In this document: piece after piece, positions 9,596-19,097 of the stretch
Position numbering within the stretch: position 1 is the stretch's first letter
How the letters are laid out: each line of letters opens with the position of its first letter
The notes under the pieces: generated by a model
The model's input: only the letters and a program-made list of their open reading frames with translations
What the model was told of the DNA's origin: nothing
Databases searched by the model: none
Source: Armatimonadota bacterium
Lineage (GTDB): Bacteria; Armatimonadota; UBA5829; DTLH01
Length of the DNA: 64,000 nt
Assembly (NCBI GenBank): GCA_038207085.1
Contig: JBBRAE010000009.1
Coordinates: forward strand, 43,148 to 107,147
Direction: 5' to 3'
Translations under genes and position numbers: made by a program

Positions 9596-10440
9596 TGACT
9601 TATGATCCTCTACTGGCAGTTGAAGTTCCCCGGGATTTCACCTCCGAGACCGGCCCTGTGCCTGAAGATACGGAGCAGGAGAATAACCCCGTGCTTATAA
9701 GCGTGCGGGGGCTGAACTTCTACTACGGGGACTTTCAGGCGCTTACAGGGATCACCGCCGACATCCAGGAGCGGGCGATCACCGCGCTGATCGGGCCATC
9801 GGGATGCGGTAAATCGACCTTTCTGCGCTGCCTGAACCGAATGAACGACCTGATACCCGGCACAAAGTGCGTGGGAGAGGCCCTGATTCACGGCGACGAT
9901 ATCCTCGCCCCAAGCGTGGACGTGGTGGAGCTTAGAAAACGCATTGGGATGGTATTTCAGAGGCCAAACCCATTCCCGATGTCGATATTCGATAACGTCG
10001 CCTATGGCCCACGGATTCACGGGATGCGCGACCGGGGGAAGCTCTCTGAGCTTGTCGAGGAGAGCCTTGTCGGCGCGGCGCTCTGGGATGAAGTGAAGGA
10101 CAAGCTCAAAGCTTCGGCGTTTGCGCTCTCAGGCGGGCAGCAGCAGAGGCTCTGCATCGCACGAGTGCTTGCGGTCGAGCCTGAGATTCTTCTTATGGAC
10201 GAGCCCGCCTCGGCACTTGACCCGATCTCAACCTTGAAGATCGAGGAACTGATGCGCGAGCTTGCCAAGAACTATACGATCATCATCGTCACCCACAACA
10301 TGCAGCAGGCCGCGCGCGTATCTCGCTTTACCGGCTTCTTCCTGAACGGTGAGATGGTGGAGTTTGGCAACACCGACAAGCTCTTTACCCGCCCCGACGA
10401 TCAGAGAACTGAAGACTACATCACCGGCCGGTTCGGCTAG
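9595..10440 (+). CDS. pstB: phosphate ABC transporter ATP-binding protein
   Basis: [43 protein letters not shown] overlap. Confidence 0.95.
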   Translation: MTYDPLLAVEVPRDFTSETGPVPEDTEQENNPVLISVRGLNFYYGDFQALTGITADIQERAITALIGPSGCGKSTFLRCLNRMNDLIPGTKCVGEALIHGDDILAPSVDVVELRKRIGMVFQRPNPFPMSIFDNVAYGPRIHGMRDRGKLSELVEESLVGAALWDEVKDKLKASAFALSGGQQQRLCIARVLAVEPEILLMDEPASALDPISTLKIEELMRELAKNYTIIIVTHNMQQAARVSRFTGFFLNGEMVEFGNTDKLFTRPDDQRTEDYITGRFG

Positions 10441-10453
10441 AGGAGAGTGCGCA

Positions 10454-11116
10454 TTGGGTGAAGCTGTAAGGATAGCGTTTGCAGACGACATAAGATCGCT
10501 TCAGCAGGATCTGCTCAACATGGCGAGTGTCGTCGAGCAGATGCTGCACAAGTCCATTGAGGGCCTTATGAAGCGCGACGTCTCCCTCGCCCGGGAGGCG
10601 ATTGATATGGACGACATCGTCGACGACTATAACATCTCGATCGAAAACAGGTGTCTGCGCCTGCTCGCGCTCCAGCAGCCGATGGCCAGGGACCTGCGGA
10701 CGATCGCCGCCGCGCTCAAGGTCATAACCGACATCGAGCGAATGGGCGACTACGTGGTCGATATCGCCAAGACCGCGATAAAGGTCGCCGACAAGCCTTT
10801 GTTCAAGCCGCTTGTAGACATCCCGAGGATGGCAGACCTCGTGAAAAAGATGCTTCGGGAGACCCTTGAAGCGTTCGTCAGCCGCGACCTTGCCCTGATC
10901 GAGCATATGATCCACGACGACGACCTGGTCGACGACCTCAATAGAACGCTGCGCGACGAATTGATCGCCTACATGCAGCGCGACTCCGAGGTCATCCCTC
11001 AGGCCGTTCATCTCTTGTTGATCACCCGGTACCTGGAGCGCCTCGCCGACCACGTCACAAACGTCGGCGAGCGGGTCTACTATATGGAAACCGGCGAAAT
11101 GAAGGAGCTTCACTGA
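10454..11116 (+). CDS. phoU: phosphate signalling protein PhoU
   Basis: LQQPMARDLR, DIERMGD, YLERLADHVTNVGE; AGGAG RBS at 10441, TTG start. Confidence 0.92.
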   Translation: MGEAVRIAFADDIRSLQQDLLNMASVVEQMLHKSIEGLMKRDVSLAREAIDMDDIVDDYNISIENRCLRLLALQQPMARDLRTIAAALKVITDIERMGDYVVDIAKTAIKVADKPLFKPLVDIPRMADLVKKMLRETLEAFVSRDLALIEHMIHDDDLVDDLNRTLRDELIAYMQRDSEVIPQAVHLLLITRYLERLADHVTNVGERVYYMETGEMKELH

Positions 11117-11230
11117 GAGTTCTTACAGCTTTTCTTACCGAATCCTGTGCGTAGTACCAGTCTGGCGGGTTTCACAATAGTGGAAACAATAATCGGGCAA
11201 GCTGGATCGTGGGATTCGGGAGGGAATGTT

Positions 11231-11458
11231 ATGAAGATTAAAGTCAAAGGCTCAGTCTGGCTGATTTTAGGGACAGCGGCGATTGCATCGGTTATGTGCT
11301 CGGGTTGTGGTGGTGGAGGCGCTGCCGCGGGGGTTGGATCTCTCGCTGGAGGCTCCAGGATAACTACACCAGCGGACAACGACTACGAGACGCCACCGCC
11401 GCCGCCTGTTGACACACAGGACGAGATCGATGCGCCTCCGCCTCCTCCGGGGCTGTAA
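11231..11458 (+). CDS. small Gly/Pro-rich putative lipoprotein
   Basis: Basic N-terminus, hydrophobic stretch, CSG-C lipobox, two PPPPP tracts; GGAGG RBS; terminator at 11482-11510. Confidence 0.6.
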   Translation: MKIKVKGSVWLILGTAAIASVMCSGCGGGGAAAGVGSLAGGSRITTPADNDYETPPPPPVDTQDEIDAPPPPPGL

Positions 11459-11562
11459 GCGCTTATACAGACAGATAGATCAAACGCCCGGCTTTGTCCG
11501 GGCTTTTCTTATGTGACCAGGAAACCGACACCGGAGCCGGGTAGACTTCTATTTATTGATAC

Positions 11563-11600
11563 AAAAGGCGGCAAGGGAATATTCACCCTTGCCGCCTTTT
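11563..11600. terminator. bidirectional intrinsic terminator
   Basis: AAAAGGCGGCAAGGG...CCCTTGCCGCCTTTT. Confidence 0.75.
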
Positions 11601-11620
11601 GGCGTTGTTGAGTCGAAACC

Positions 11621-11683
11621 GGGCGGAAATGGGTCCGCCCTTGGGAGCATTATTCACGAAATAGCGTGAATAATGCGGGCTAG
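11621..11683. repeat. degenerate family-A REP plus a half copy of the family-B element
   Basis: GGGCGGAAATGGGTCCGCCC; GCATTATTCACG-N5-CGTGAATAATGCGGGCTAG. Confidence 0.7.
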
Positions 11684-11696
11684 CGAGTTACCGGCC

Positions 11697-12314
11697 TCAC
11701 TTAGCTCTTGATGTCTTTCGGCAAGCTTTCAGTTTCTCCTGCTGCTCGGGAGTGAGCACGGAAAGCACCGTCTGGTGGTTGGCCTTGCGGATCTCTTCAA
11801 TCTTCGCGGCCTTCTGCTGCTGCGTCAGGGTCGTGTTGGCCCGGATCGCCTGCACCTGGGTGCGGGTATCTGCGCGGAACGCTTTGATCTGCGCCATCTG
11901 GGAGTCGGTGAGGTTGAGGCTCTTCCAGCACTCGCTCATCTCCTCGCGAGTCTCCTGGCGGCCAGCCCTAATTTCTTTGAGTTTGGCTCTCTGCTCGGTG
12001 GTGAGCACTGCGTCGATCTTTGCTTGTACACCCGTCCGCAGTTCGGCCCTCTTGGCCTTTTTCTGGTCGGGGGTGAGATTTGACTGCATGACCTTCTGGA
12101 CTTCGGCGCGGTGGGCTACCTTGATCGTCTTGATCTCGGCCTTCTGTGCATCGGTCAGGTTCAATTTTTTTGCGAGGCCCTGGAAATACTCGTTGCGTGC
12201 GCCTTGTTTTCCTGCATTGCCCCGTGGTGCGGCAAAGGCGACGGCGGCGATAAGCGCTACGGCGATTGCCAGCAGCATTGCGAATGCAAAGGGTGATCTG
12301 ATTCTTGTTCTCAT
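11697..12314 (-). CDS. Spy/CpxP-family (LTxxQ repeat) periplasmic chaperone-like protein
   Basis: Signal peptide; repeated LNLTDAQ, LTPDQ, VLTTEQ, LNLTDSQ, VLTPEQ. Confidence 0.8.
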   Translation of the reverse strand: MRTRIRSPFAFAMLLAIAVALIAAVAFAAPRGNAGKQGARNEYFQGLAKKLNLTDAQKAEIKTIKVAHRAEVQKVMQSNLTPDQKKAKRAELRTGVQAKIDAVLTTEQRAKLKEIRAGRQETREEMSECWKSLNLTDSQMAQIKAFRADTRTQVQAIRANTTLTQQQKAAKIEEIRKANHQTVLSVLTPEQQEKLKACRKTSRAK

Positions 12315-12363
12315 TCTGATTGTCCTCCAAATAAATAGGTGCTTTTCGAAAAGTCTTCGAAAG

Positions 12364-12393
12364 TATAGACGAGTCGATTCCGGGCCGGTTACA
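12364..12393 (-). promoter_or_regulatory. ECF-sigma-type promoter for the Spy/CpxP-like gene
   Basis: Minus strand TGTAACC-N16-GTCTATA. Confidence 0.6.
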
Positions 12394-12482
12394 CAGCAAT
12401 CTCACAATATTTTTGGCAGATCATGCGGCAAAGGATTACCGCCCGCGCGCGCCTAAGGAGTCTTTGGAGTACAGAACGAACA

Positions 12483-13661
12483 ATGAAAACCACCAAAAGC
12501 CTTTCCATCCGCTGGGCATGCAGGGATATGAAGCTGATCTGGGCGGCTGCGTTTTTTGCACAACTTGGGTTTGGGATCTACATCACAACCTTCAACAACT
12601 TCGCTGTAAACTCGCTTCATATGAGCCAGACGCAGCTTGGACTCCTTGAGTCGATCCGCGAGACGCCGGGTTTTGCGGTAGCGTTTATGCTCGCGCTTGC
12701 GATGCATGTGGCCGAGCCGCTGCTTGCAAGTTCGGCGATGTTTTTGATGGCGCTCGGATTCTACGGCTACTCGAGTCATCCGTCCTACGTCGAGCTTGTG
12801 GCGTTTTCGCTGCTTTGGTCGATCGGGTTGCACTGCTGGATGGCGATCCAGCCCGCGATGACCCTGGCGCTTGCCGAGGAGGGTCACAAGGGCAGGCGGC
12901 TTGGGCAGGTCGGAGCCTTTGGGGGGTTGGGGACGGCTGTGGGGATAGCCGCAGTGCTCATTATCGGGAATGGGGTGAGCTTTCCCGGGTGGTACGTCGT
13001 CACGGCTGGGACGATGCTTGTTTCGTCGGTGTTTGTGTTCTTCATCCGAAGGGATCTCTCGCCTCCGGGCAAGACAGGGCTGGTTTTCAAGCGCAAATAC
13101 GCGTTCTACTACGCGCTTACGTTCCTTGAGGGCTGCCGCAAGCAGGTGTTTATCACTTGGGCGCCTTTTGTGCTTGTGAAGGTCTACGGCACGGAGCTTC
13201 GGATGGTCGCGCTACTTATGCTCATAAACAACATCGTCAACGTCTTTGGAAGCCCGATAGTGGGGAAGATCGTCGACCGGCGCGGCGAAAGCCGGATGCT
13301 GAGTGTAAGCTACGCGCTCTTGATTCTGGTGTTCATAGGCTACGCTACAGTGCGCCAGGCGCCACTGCTTTACGTGCTCTATTGCCTGGACAACCTGCTC
13401 TACTTCTCATCGATCGGCCTTACGAGTTACATCAACCGCATCGCCGAGAAAAACGATCTTAGGCCGAGCATCAGTATGGGGGTCACGACCAATCACCTGG
13501 GCGCAGTAATCGTCCCGATCCTGGGTGGGTTCCTTTGGGTGAAGTCCGACTACCCGATCGTGTTTGTGCTTGGAGCGGGTGTGGTCGCTGTGTCGCTCGT
13601 TCTTGCGATCATGATGAAGGGGCGGCTGCGGCTTGATGGGAATGCGTTGCCCCAAAAGTAA
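12483..13661 (+). CDS. MFS transporter
   Basis: About 12 hydrophobic segments, GKIVDRRGE motif; start uncertain (12423/12483/12528). Confidence 0.85.
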   Translation: MKTTKSLSIRWACRDMKLIWAAAFFAQLGFGIYITTFNNFAVNSLHMSQTQLGLLESIRETPGFAVAFMLALAMHVAEPLLASSAMFLMALGFYGYSSHPSYVELVAFSLLWSIGLHCWMAIQPAMTLALAEEGHKGRRLGQVGAFGGLGTAVGIAAVLIIGNGVSFPGWYVVTAGTMLVSSVFVFFIRRDLSPPGKTGLVFKRKYAFYYALTFLEGCRKQVFITWAPFVLVKVYGTELRMVALLMLINNIVNVFGSPIVGKIVDRRGESRMLSVSYALLILVFIGYATVRQAPLLYVLYCLDNLLYFSSIGLTSYINRIAEKNDLRPSISMGVTTNHLGAVIVPILGGFLWVKSDYPIVFVLGAGVVAVSLVLAIMMKGRLRLDGNALPQK

Positions 13662-13695
13662 TATCGGCGGTGGCATATTCACCGTCGTCGGGTGA

Positions 13696-13721
13696 GGGCG
13701 GACACGCTGGTCCGCCACTAC
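13696..13721 (-). repeat. family-A REP variant
   Basis: GGGCGGACACGCTGGTCCGCCACTAC. Confidence 0.7.
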
Positions 13722-13742
13722 ACCCCTGGCTGACAGCTTTCG

Positions 13743-15551
13743 CTACGGTTTTGCTGTGGGCGCGGCTGCAGGCTTGGGGTTCTGCGGTGTGGAGACCTGC
13801 CAGGTTTTGTCAACGTGGGCAGGGTCCACCACGGTTCCGTCGGGGCGAAGCCACGACAGGGTGAGCATGAATTGCCTCGACTTCGTCTTCTCGTCCACCT
13901 CCATACGCAGCGCATAGCAGGGGATTAGGTCTTCCTGTTTGTCGGTCTGCGGTGTGGTGAGCTTTTTTGCAACCGACGGCTCAAGCGCCGCGAAATACGG
14001 CCACTGCGCGTCTGAGAGAGTCGAGACATTGATGCCTGATTGTGTTTGCAGGGCGGTCTTCTGTCCAGGTGTCAGGGCGGCGTACAGGCGGAGCACGTTT
14101 TTGCTGCGGTTGATTCCAAAACCCATCACGGGCAGAAGCTTCCGCTCAGCCAGGATTGTGTGCTGTATCTGACCGTCGGTGAGGCAGGCGACGGAAACCA
14201 GATCGTCGAAGGTGAACTTTCCTTCCTTGGCGCGTGTCCGCCAGGTCTCAAGCCAGGCCTCAGGGACCTCCCAGCTGCGTTTTTCATACCACTTCGGGTC
14301 TTCAAAAGTGATCAGACCCTCAGAGTATTTTACTTGTTTGCCGTAGGTCGCGGCGATCAGTTTTAGCGCATCGCGAAGCTTGCAGGTGGTCTGAGACATG
14401 CGAGGGCTGCGCGCGTCGATAAAGTAGTCGGATACCACGTTTGTCTTGGCCTCTTTGGCAAGGGTCTCAAGCACCGCCGGCATCGACGGATCTTTGGCCT
14501 CAAGCTTGATCTCTTTGTCGAGCGCTGGGTTGTCCTTGGGCAGATCGTCCTCAGCCTGAACTGTGGGCGGCTGGGAGAAGAGCTTTGTGCTATCGGCCAT
14601 CATCTGGGCCTTGATACTTTCCGGGCTTTGCCCTTCGGATGCCATGATCATCGCCTTGGCTATCATGTTGGCCATGTGGCTTGTGGGGTCGAAAATCGGC
14701 ATGTCGAAGCGTTCGCTGTTTGGAGCAGTCACTTGGATCATGCCTATCATCCCTGCCTGGCGTGCCTCTTCGGGCATATCCTCGCCGGAGAGTTTCATTT
14801 TGATCTCCGCCTGCGAAAGATTGTTCAGAAGCTTGGTGTGTGCGTTGTTGTGGCCGATGTCCAGCTTGGAGACAAGCTCATCAAGGCCGGTGATCAGCCC
14901 TTCGGTCGCGTTCACTCCGTGCTGAGTCATCTTGGAAAGCGGCAGGTTCACGTCGCGGCCATCGGTGAATGCGGCTCGGGCGTCGGGAATCGCGGTGAGC
15001 ATCTGCCCAAGCGATTTGCCGAACGGCTCCGTTGCCATCACATATAGAAACGGCGACTCGTCTTTGAGCTTGGCGATCTCTTCAGGGGAAAGCTTATCGA
15101 GCTGTTCTATCTGGTCGATGACCCCTGTTCGCTTTTCGGCCAGTTTCTTGGCTTCGGCCTCGGCGCTTCCCGCAAGGAGCGCTTCTTCCTCTTTCCTTGA
15201 TTTCAAGTCCTGAAACAGTCGGTAGGTGTGGACCCCATCCTTCTTTCCCCGGGCCCAGGTGAAACGAAGGAGCTTTGCGAGTGTCTTTTGAACGTCGTCG
15301 AGCTTCATGTCGGTTACGAAAAGGGCTACCTTGCGGTCGCGCACCTTCCAGTCTCCGGCGTTCATTCCCGCGGTCATTGCGACATCTGTCTTTTCCGAAA
15401 GCTCCTCAAGGACGACGTGGAGCAGCGTACCTTTGGCTTGGTAGGTGACTTTCTGGTCGAGCCGTGTGTCGGGGGCCGCGGCCTCTTCGGCGCAGGCGGC
15501 GGAAAACAGGCAGAGCAGAACTAACACGGCGGCAGACTTGAGTCTCATCAT
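13743..15551 (-). CDS. exported hypothetical protein with two STN/secretin-N0-like domains; paralog of 28635..30560
   Basis: Signal peptide; PDTRLDQKVTYQAKG..WKVRDRKV.LFV.DM.L and W.EKRSWEV.EA.LE.W shared with the paralog. Confidence 0.75.
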   Translation of the reverse strand: MMRLKSAAVLVLLCLFSAACAEEAAAPDTRLDQKVTYQAKGTLLHVVLEELSEKTDVAMTAGMNAGDWKVRDRKVALFVTDMKLDDVQKTLAKLLRFTWARGKKDGVHTYRLFQDLKSRKEEEALLAGSAEAEAKKLAEKRTGVIDQIEQLDKLSPEEIAKLKDESPFLYVMATEPFGKSLGQMLTAIPDARAAFTDGRDVNLPLSKMTQHGVNATEGLITGLDELVSKLDIGHNNAHTKLLNNLSQAEIKMKLSGEDMPEEARQAGMIGMIQVTAPNSERFDMPIFDPTSHMANMIAKAMIMASEGQSPESIKAQMMADSTKLFSQPPTVQAEDDLPKDNPALDKEIKLEAKDPSMPAVLETLAKEAKTNVVSDYFIDARSPRMSQTTCKLRDALKLIAATYGKQVKYSEGLITFEDPKWYEKRSWEVPEAWLETWRTRAKEGKFTFDDLVSVACLTDGQIQHTILAERKLLPVMGFGINRSKNVLRLYAALTPGQKTALQTQSGINVSTLSDAQWPYFAALEPSVAKKLTTPQTDKQEDLIPCYALRMEVDEKTKSRQFMLTLSWLRPDGTVVDPAHVDKTWQVSTPQNPKPAAAPTAKP

Positions 15552-15596
15552 GTTTCATCCTCGATTCGGTACAGACAAGTATCAGGCACTGTTATC

Positions 15597-15627
15597 TACT
15601 AGACGCAAGAAAGCGGGCCCTGTTACC
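15597..15627 (-). promoter_or_regulatory. ECF-sigma-type promoter
   Basis: Minus strand GGTAACA-N16-GTCTAGTA, ~45 nt before the start codon. Confidence 0.6.
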
Positions 15628-15788
15628 ACCGGGCGAGCTGGTTGATTATACCCAGTAACCAGAAGAGTGTCTCAGAAACGGCGAAAATCCTGTAAGCATT
15701 CCAAAGGAGGGAAAACCGCTATAAAACGCCAAGAGTTTCATGGAAGCGGGACAGGCCCGCCAAATCGTCTAATTATCAGAGGTTAACT

Positions 15789-16913
15789 GTGGATACTATC
15801 ACACCTATTCGCCCGAAGTGGAAGGGCACAATGACGGACCGCGAGCGGTTCAACAACCAGATGCACTACAAGCCGGTTGACCGCAGCTTCAATATGGAGT
15901 TCGGCTACTGGGATGAGAACTTCCACCTGTGGCCGCTTTTCGTCGATAACGGGATCACGAACAACGACGAGGCCGACAAGTTCTTCAACTTCGACCGGAT
16001 CGACGTTTTTGTGCCGAACGTGTGGCTCTACCCCGTGTTTCCCAGCGATACCGTCGGTGAGACCGAGACCAACTACATTCGGATGAACGGTGACGGGCTC
16101 CTTGCAGAGGTCCCTAAGGACGGGCACGACACGATTCCCCACTACATACAGGCGACTGTCGTTACCCCGGAGGACTGGAAGAAGTGCAAAGAGGAGCGCC
16201 TGCGGCTCGATGACCCCGGTCGCGTGATAGATATCCCAGCGCTTCAAGAGCAGTATCCCAGCGACCGCGATTACCCGCTTGGAGTATGGTGCGGCTCGAT
16301 GATCGGGAAAATCCGCGACATGCTCACATTCGAGGGCCTCGCCTACGCGACGTACGACTACCCGGATATGGTCGAGGACATGGTGGAGACCTCCTGCCAG
16401 CTCGTCGAGCACGCGCTTGACCAGGTGCTTCCCCATGTTCAGTTCGACTATGCTTCGGGTTGGGAGGACATCTGCTTCAAGAACGGCCCGATCGTCTCGG
16501 TCGACTTCTTTAACAGCATCGTGGTGCCGAGGTACAAGCGTATCGGCAAGAAGATTCGGGATGCGGGTATCGATATCTGGTACACGGACTGCGACGGCGA
16601 CGTGCGGCCCATTATGAGTGGGTTCCTCGAAGGCGGCATCAACTGCCTGTTCCCCTTTGAAGTGATGGGTTGCGCTCGCCCCGGCGAGCTTTTGGACCAG
16701 TATGGCGAGCAGCTCCGAATTATGGGCGGGGTCGACAAGATCCAGCTCGGGAACGGCCGGGAGGCTATCAAGGCATACCTTGAGACGCTTGTGCCCTACG
16801 TCGAGCGAGGCGGGTATATCCCGTTCTGTGACCACCGCTGCCCTCCAAACGTTACACCTGATGATTATCTCTACTATCTCGACCTCAAAGAGAAGATGTT
16901 TGGAATGAAGTAG
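15789..16913 (+). CDS. uroporphyrinogen decarboxylase (UroD/MtaA) superfamily protein, function unknown
   Basis: MTDRERF, WEDICFKNGP, DCDGDV, GGVDK, GGYIPFCDH. Confidence 0.8.
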   Translation: MDTITPIRPKWKGTMTDRERFNNQMHYKPVDRSFNMEFGYWDENFHLWPLFVDNGITNNDEADKFFNFDRIDVFVPNVWLYPVFPSDTVGETETNYIRMNGDGLLAEVPKDGHDTIPHYIQATVVTPEDWKKCKEERLRLDDPGRVIDIPALQEQYPSDRDYPLGVWCGSMIGKIRDMLTFEGLAYATYDYPDMVEDMVETSCQLVEHALDQVLPHVQFDYASGWEDICFKNGPIVSVDFFNSIVVPRYKRIGKKIRDAGIDIWYTDCDGDVRPIMSGFLEGGINCLFPFEVMGCARPGELLDQYGEQLRIMGGVDKIQLGNGREAIKAYLETLVPYVERGGYIPFCDHRCPPNVTPDDYLYYLDLKEKMFGMK

Positions 16914-17037
16914 TTCTTATCAAAGATCGCGCCAAGCATAGTGCTCGGCGCGATCTTTGTTTGTACGCTTGTCGAGCGGGTTTCGGGGTATACTAAGATT
17001 ACAATGGGATCAGCGCTTTGTTCGGAGAGGCGGTTCT

Positions 17038-17496
17038 ATGAAGCAACGAGTGTGGAACCTGACCCTTGGGCTGGCGGGGGCGGGACTTGTCGACTCGCTC
17101 TACCTGCTGCTCTTTCAGACCGGCAAGATAGAGCACTTGGCGTGCCCGGTGTTTCGAGGTGGGTGCGAGACGGTGGCGAGTTCGGCGGTCGCTTATCCAA
17201 GGGGCATACCAGACGCCGTCTTTGGGGTCATCGGCTACTCAGCCGCGGCGTTGACGGCGTTTGCGATACCGCGGTCGGGAGGCAGGGTCAGAAGGACGCT
17301 TGCAGGGTTCGCAGTAGCAGGCTCGATCGGCGCGCTCGCAATATCGGCGTTTCTCACATACGCCCAGCCCAAGTTGACCGGCGCGTGGTGCTTCTGGTGC
17401 CTCAGTTCTGCTGTGATATCCTCCGCAATGGCTTTCACCGCTATCTACGGAGCGAGCATAATCCTCAAAGATTCGCAGGGGGAACCCACAATATGA
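17038..17496 (+). CDS. vitamin K epoxide reductase (VKOR) family protein
   Basis: CPVFRGGCETV loop cysteines, GIP..G..GY, WCFWC active site, 4 TM. Confidence 0.85.
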   Translation: MKQRVWNLTLGLAGAGLVDSLYLLLFQTGKIEHLACPVFRGGCETVASSAVAYPRGIPDAVFGVIGYSAAALTAFAIPRSGGRVRRTLAGFAVAGSIGALAISAFLTYAQPKLTGAWCFWCLSSAVISSAMAFTAIYGASIILKDSQGEPTI

Positions 17497-18182
17497 AAGA
17501 TCGCCACGAACCTGAGATAGACAAGTCCGATGTGCCGTCGCACAACCTGATTGGCGCGGTTAGATACGTCCTTGCAGGCAGCCCGGAGGTGAACGCGGGG
17601 AGCATCACTGTGAATGCGTCAAACGGTGTCGTGTACCTGACCGGGGCCGTAGACACGCTTCGGGAAAAAGAGATGGCAAGCGCGCTTGCGACGAAATCTT
17701 CGGGGGTTACATACGTCGAAAACGACCTTGTGGTCTCTCCTGCCAAGCCCTCAAGTGACCATGAACTCCTCTCGCGTGCCCAGCAGGCTCTTGGAGGTTT
17801 CGTCGAGCCAAAGATTGGGGTTCGGATGGTCGAAAGCGGGCAGGCATATGTAACTGGGACTGCGGAAAGCGCATACATCGCAGAGGCGGCGGTGCGGGTT
17901 GTGGAGTCGGTGCCGGGGATCAGTCAGGTCATAAACGAAATCGACATCGCCTCGGGTGAGCCGATCGACGACATCGACATCGCAAACCGCGTCCTTGATC
18001 GCCTCGCCGACGACCCTCGCCTTCACTACGCAGGTATCGCTGTCCGCGCCGACCGGGGTGAAGTTATCCTCGACGGTGAAGTCGACAACCATAGCATGGT
18101 CGAGTCGGCGGGGGACCTCGCGAACCGCGCTGAGGGTGTGCGCCGCGTCGTCAACAGACTAACCCGCATTATTCACGAGTAG
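17493..18182 (+). CDS. triple BON-domain protein
   Basis: Three repeats ending GV..V.N.L (GVVYLTGAV, GISQVINEI, GVRRVVNRL); ATGA overlap with VKOR. Confidence 0.85.
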   Translation: MKDRHEPEIDKSDVPSHNLIGAVRYVLAGSPEVNAGSITVNASNGVVYLTGAVDTLREKEMASALATKSSGVTYVENDLVVSPAKPSSDHELLSRAQQALGGFVEPKIGVRMVESGQAYVTGTAESAYIAEAAVRVVESVPGISQVINEIDIASGEPIDDIDIANRVLDRLADDPRLHYAGIAVRADRGEVILDGEVDNHSMVESAGDLANRAEGVRRVVNRLTRIIHE

Positions 18183-18239
18183 CGTGAATAATGCTCTGTT
18201 AGCGAAAGCTTTATTCACTTCACGAATAAAGCGGGCTAA
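18159..18239. mobile_element. 73-bp MITE/REPIN-like element (family B) with CTAA direct repeats
   Basis: CTAA-CCCGCATTATTC...GAATAAAGCGGG-CTAA; near-identical at 31845 and 57703. Confidence 0.8.
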
Positions 18240-18309
18240 AGGCCAGGGGGTCGCATTGATATTGATATTGATCGTGCCAAGTCTCCCGACTTGGCACGCA
18301 TTCTTTACT

Positions 18310-18963
18310 TTAGTCGGCTTTCTTTTTCGCGAGCGCTATCCAGTGGACGGGTCGCCCTGGCTCCATGCTTTCTTCGAGCGCCATTATCTCGAAGTCCGCG
18401 AGCAGATCGTCGCGCACCTCAGTTTCGTCTGAGAAGTGGTGGGAGATGCCCGCGTCGGGGACGTCGCCGCCCTTGATCAGGGTAAAGGGCTCGATCTCCT
18501 CGGCTCCGGGAAGATTCTTCTCACTCTCCCACTCCTTGCGCGAGAGCAGCCAGACCAGAAAATACCCACCGGGGCGAAGCGCTCGGGCCACCTCGGCGAT
18601 CGAACGCCGAAGGCCGTCGAGCTTGTTGTGATATATCGCGAGGACGCTTATCACCGCATCGAAGCTTGCGTCGGGGAAGGGGATCTGCTCCATATCGGCC
18701 TCGACAAGCTCAGCACTGACGGCGTGGCGTGCCATCGCCTTTCTGGAGAGATGAAGCGCGGTGTCCGAGGAGTCCTGCCCCGTCACCTCAAAGCCTTCGC
18801 GTGCGAGCCAAACCACGTGCCGACCCGCGCCGCAACCGAGGTCGAGAATCCGCGTTGTGTCGTTTCCGTGCAGGATCGGGATCACCCCGACCACATGCCA
18901 GTCCGGGTCCTCCCACCTCATATCTTGTCGTTCAAAAACATCGTTCCAGGTCTGCTGGGGCAA
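18310..18963 (-). CDS. class I SAM-dependent methyltransferase
   Basis: ILDLGCGAGRH, ADM..IPFPDASFD, LRPGG; AAGGAGG RBS, TTG start; sigma70 TTGACT-17-TATATT upstream. Confidence 0.88.
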   Translation of the reverse strand: MPQQTWNDVFERQDMRWEDPDWHVVGVIPILHGNDTTRILDLGCGAGRHVVWLAREGFEVTGQDSSDTALHLSRKAMARHAVSAELVEADMEQIPFPDASFDAVISVLAIYHNKLDGLRRSIAEVARALRPGGYFLVWLLSRKEWESEKNLPGAEEIEPFTLIKGGDVPDAGISHHFSDETEVRDDLLADFEIMALEESMEPGRPVHWIALAKKKAD

Positions 18964-19054
18964 GTTCTTCGTCCTCCTTGATCGTGTGCAGTGTCAAATA
19001 TACGGCATGGAGACTTTTGAGTCAAGGAGATGCGCGAAGTGGATGCATGTAGTA

Positions 19055-19093
19055 AGAGATACCCACGCCCTTGTGGCGGTGGAGTTGGCTCAC
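19055..19093 (+). mobile_element. possible IS200/IS605 (tnpB-type) right-end remnant
   Basis: CCCACGCCCTTGTGGCGGTGGAGTTGGCTCAC: subterminal hairpin ending in TCAC. Confidence 0.4.
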
Positions 19094-19097
19094 CTTT

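Noticed and set aside
16941..17492. N-terminal half of the 413-aa ORF (apparent fusion to BON)
   Set aside because: It is the off-frame reading of VKOR. The BON gene starts at 17493.
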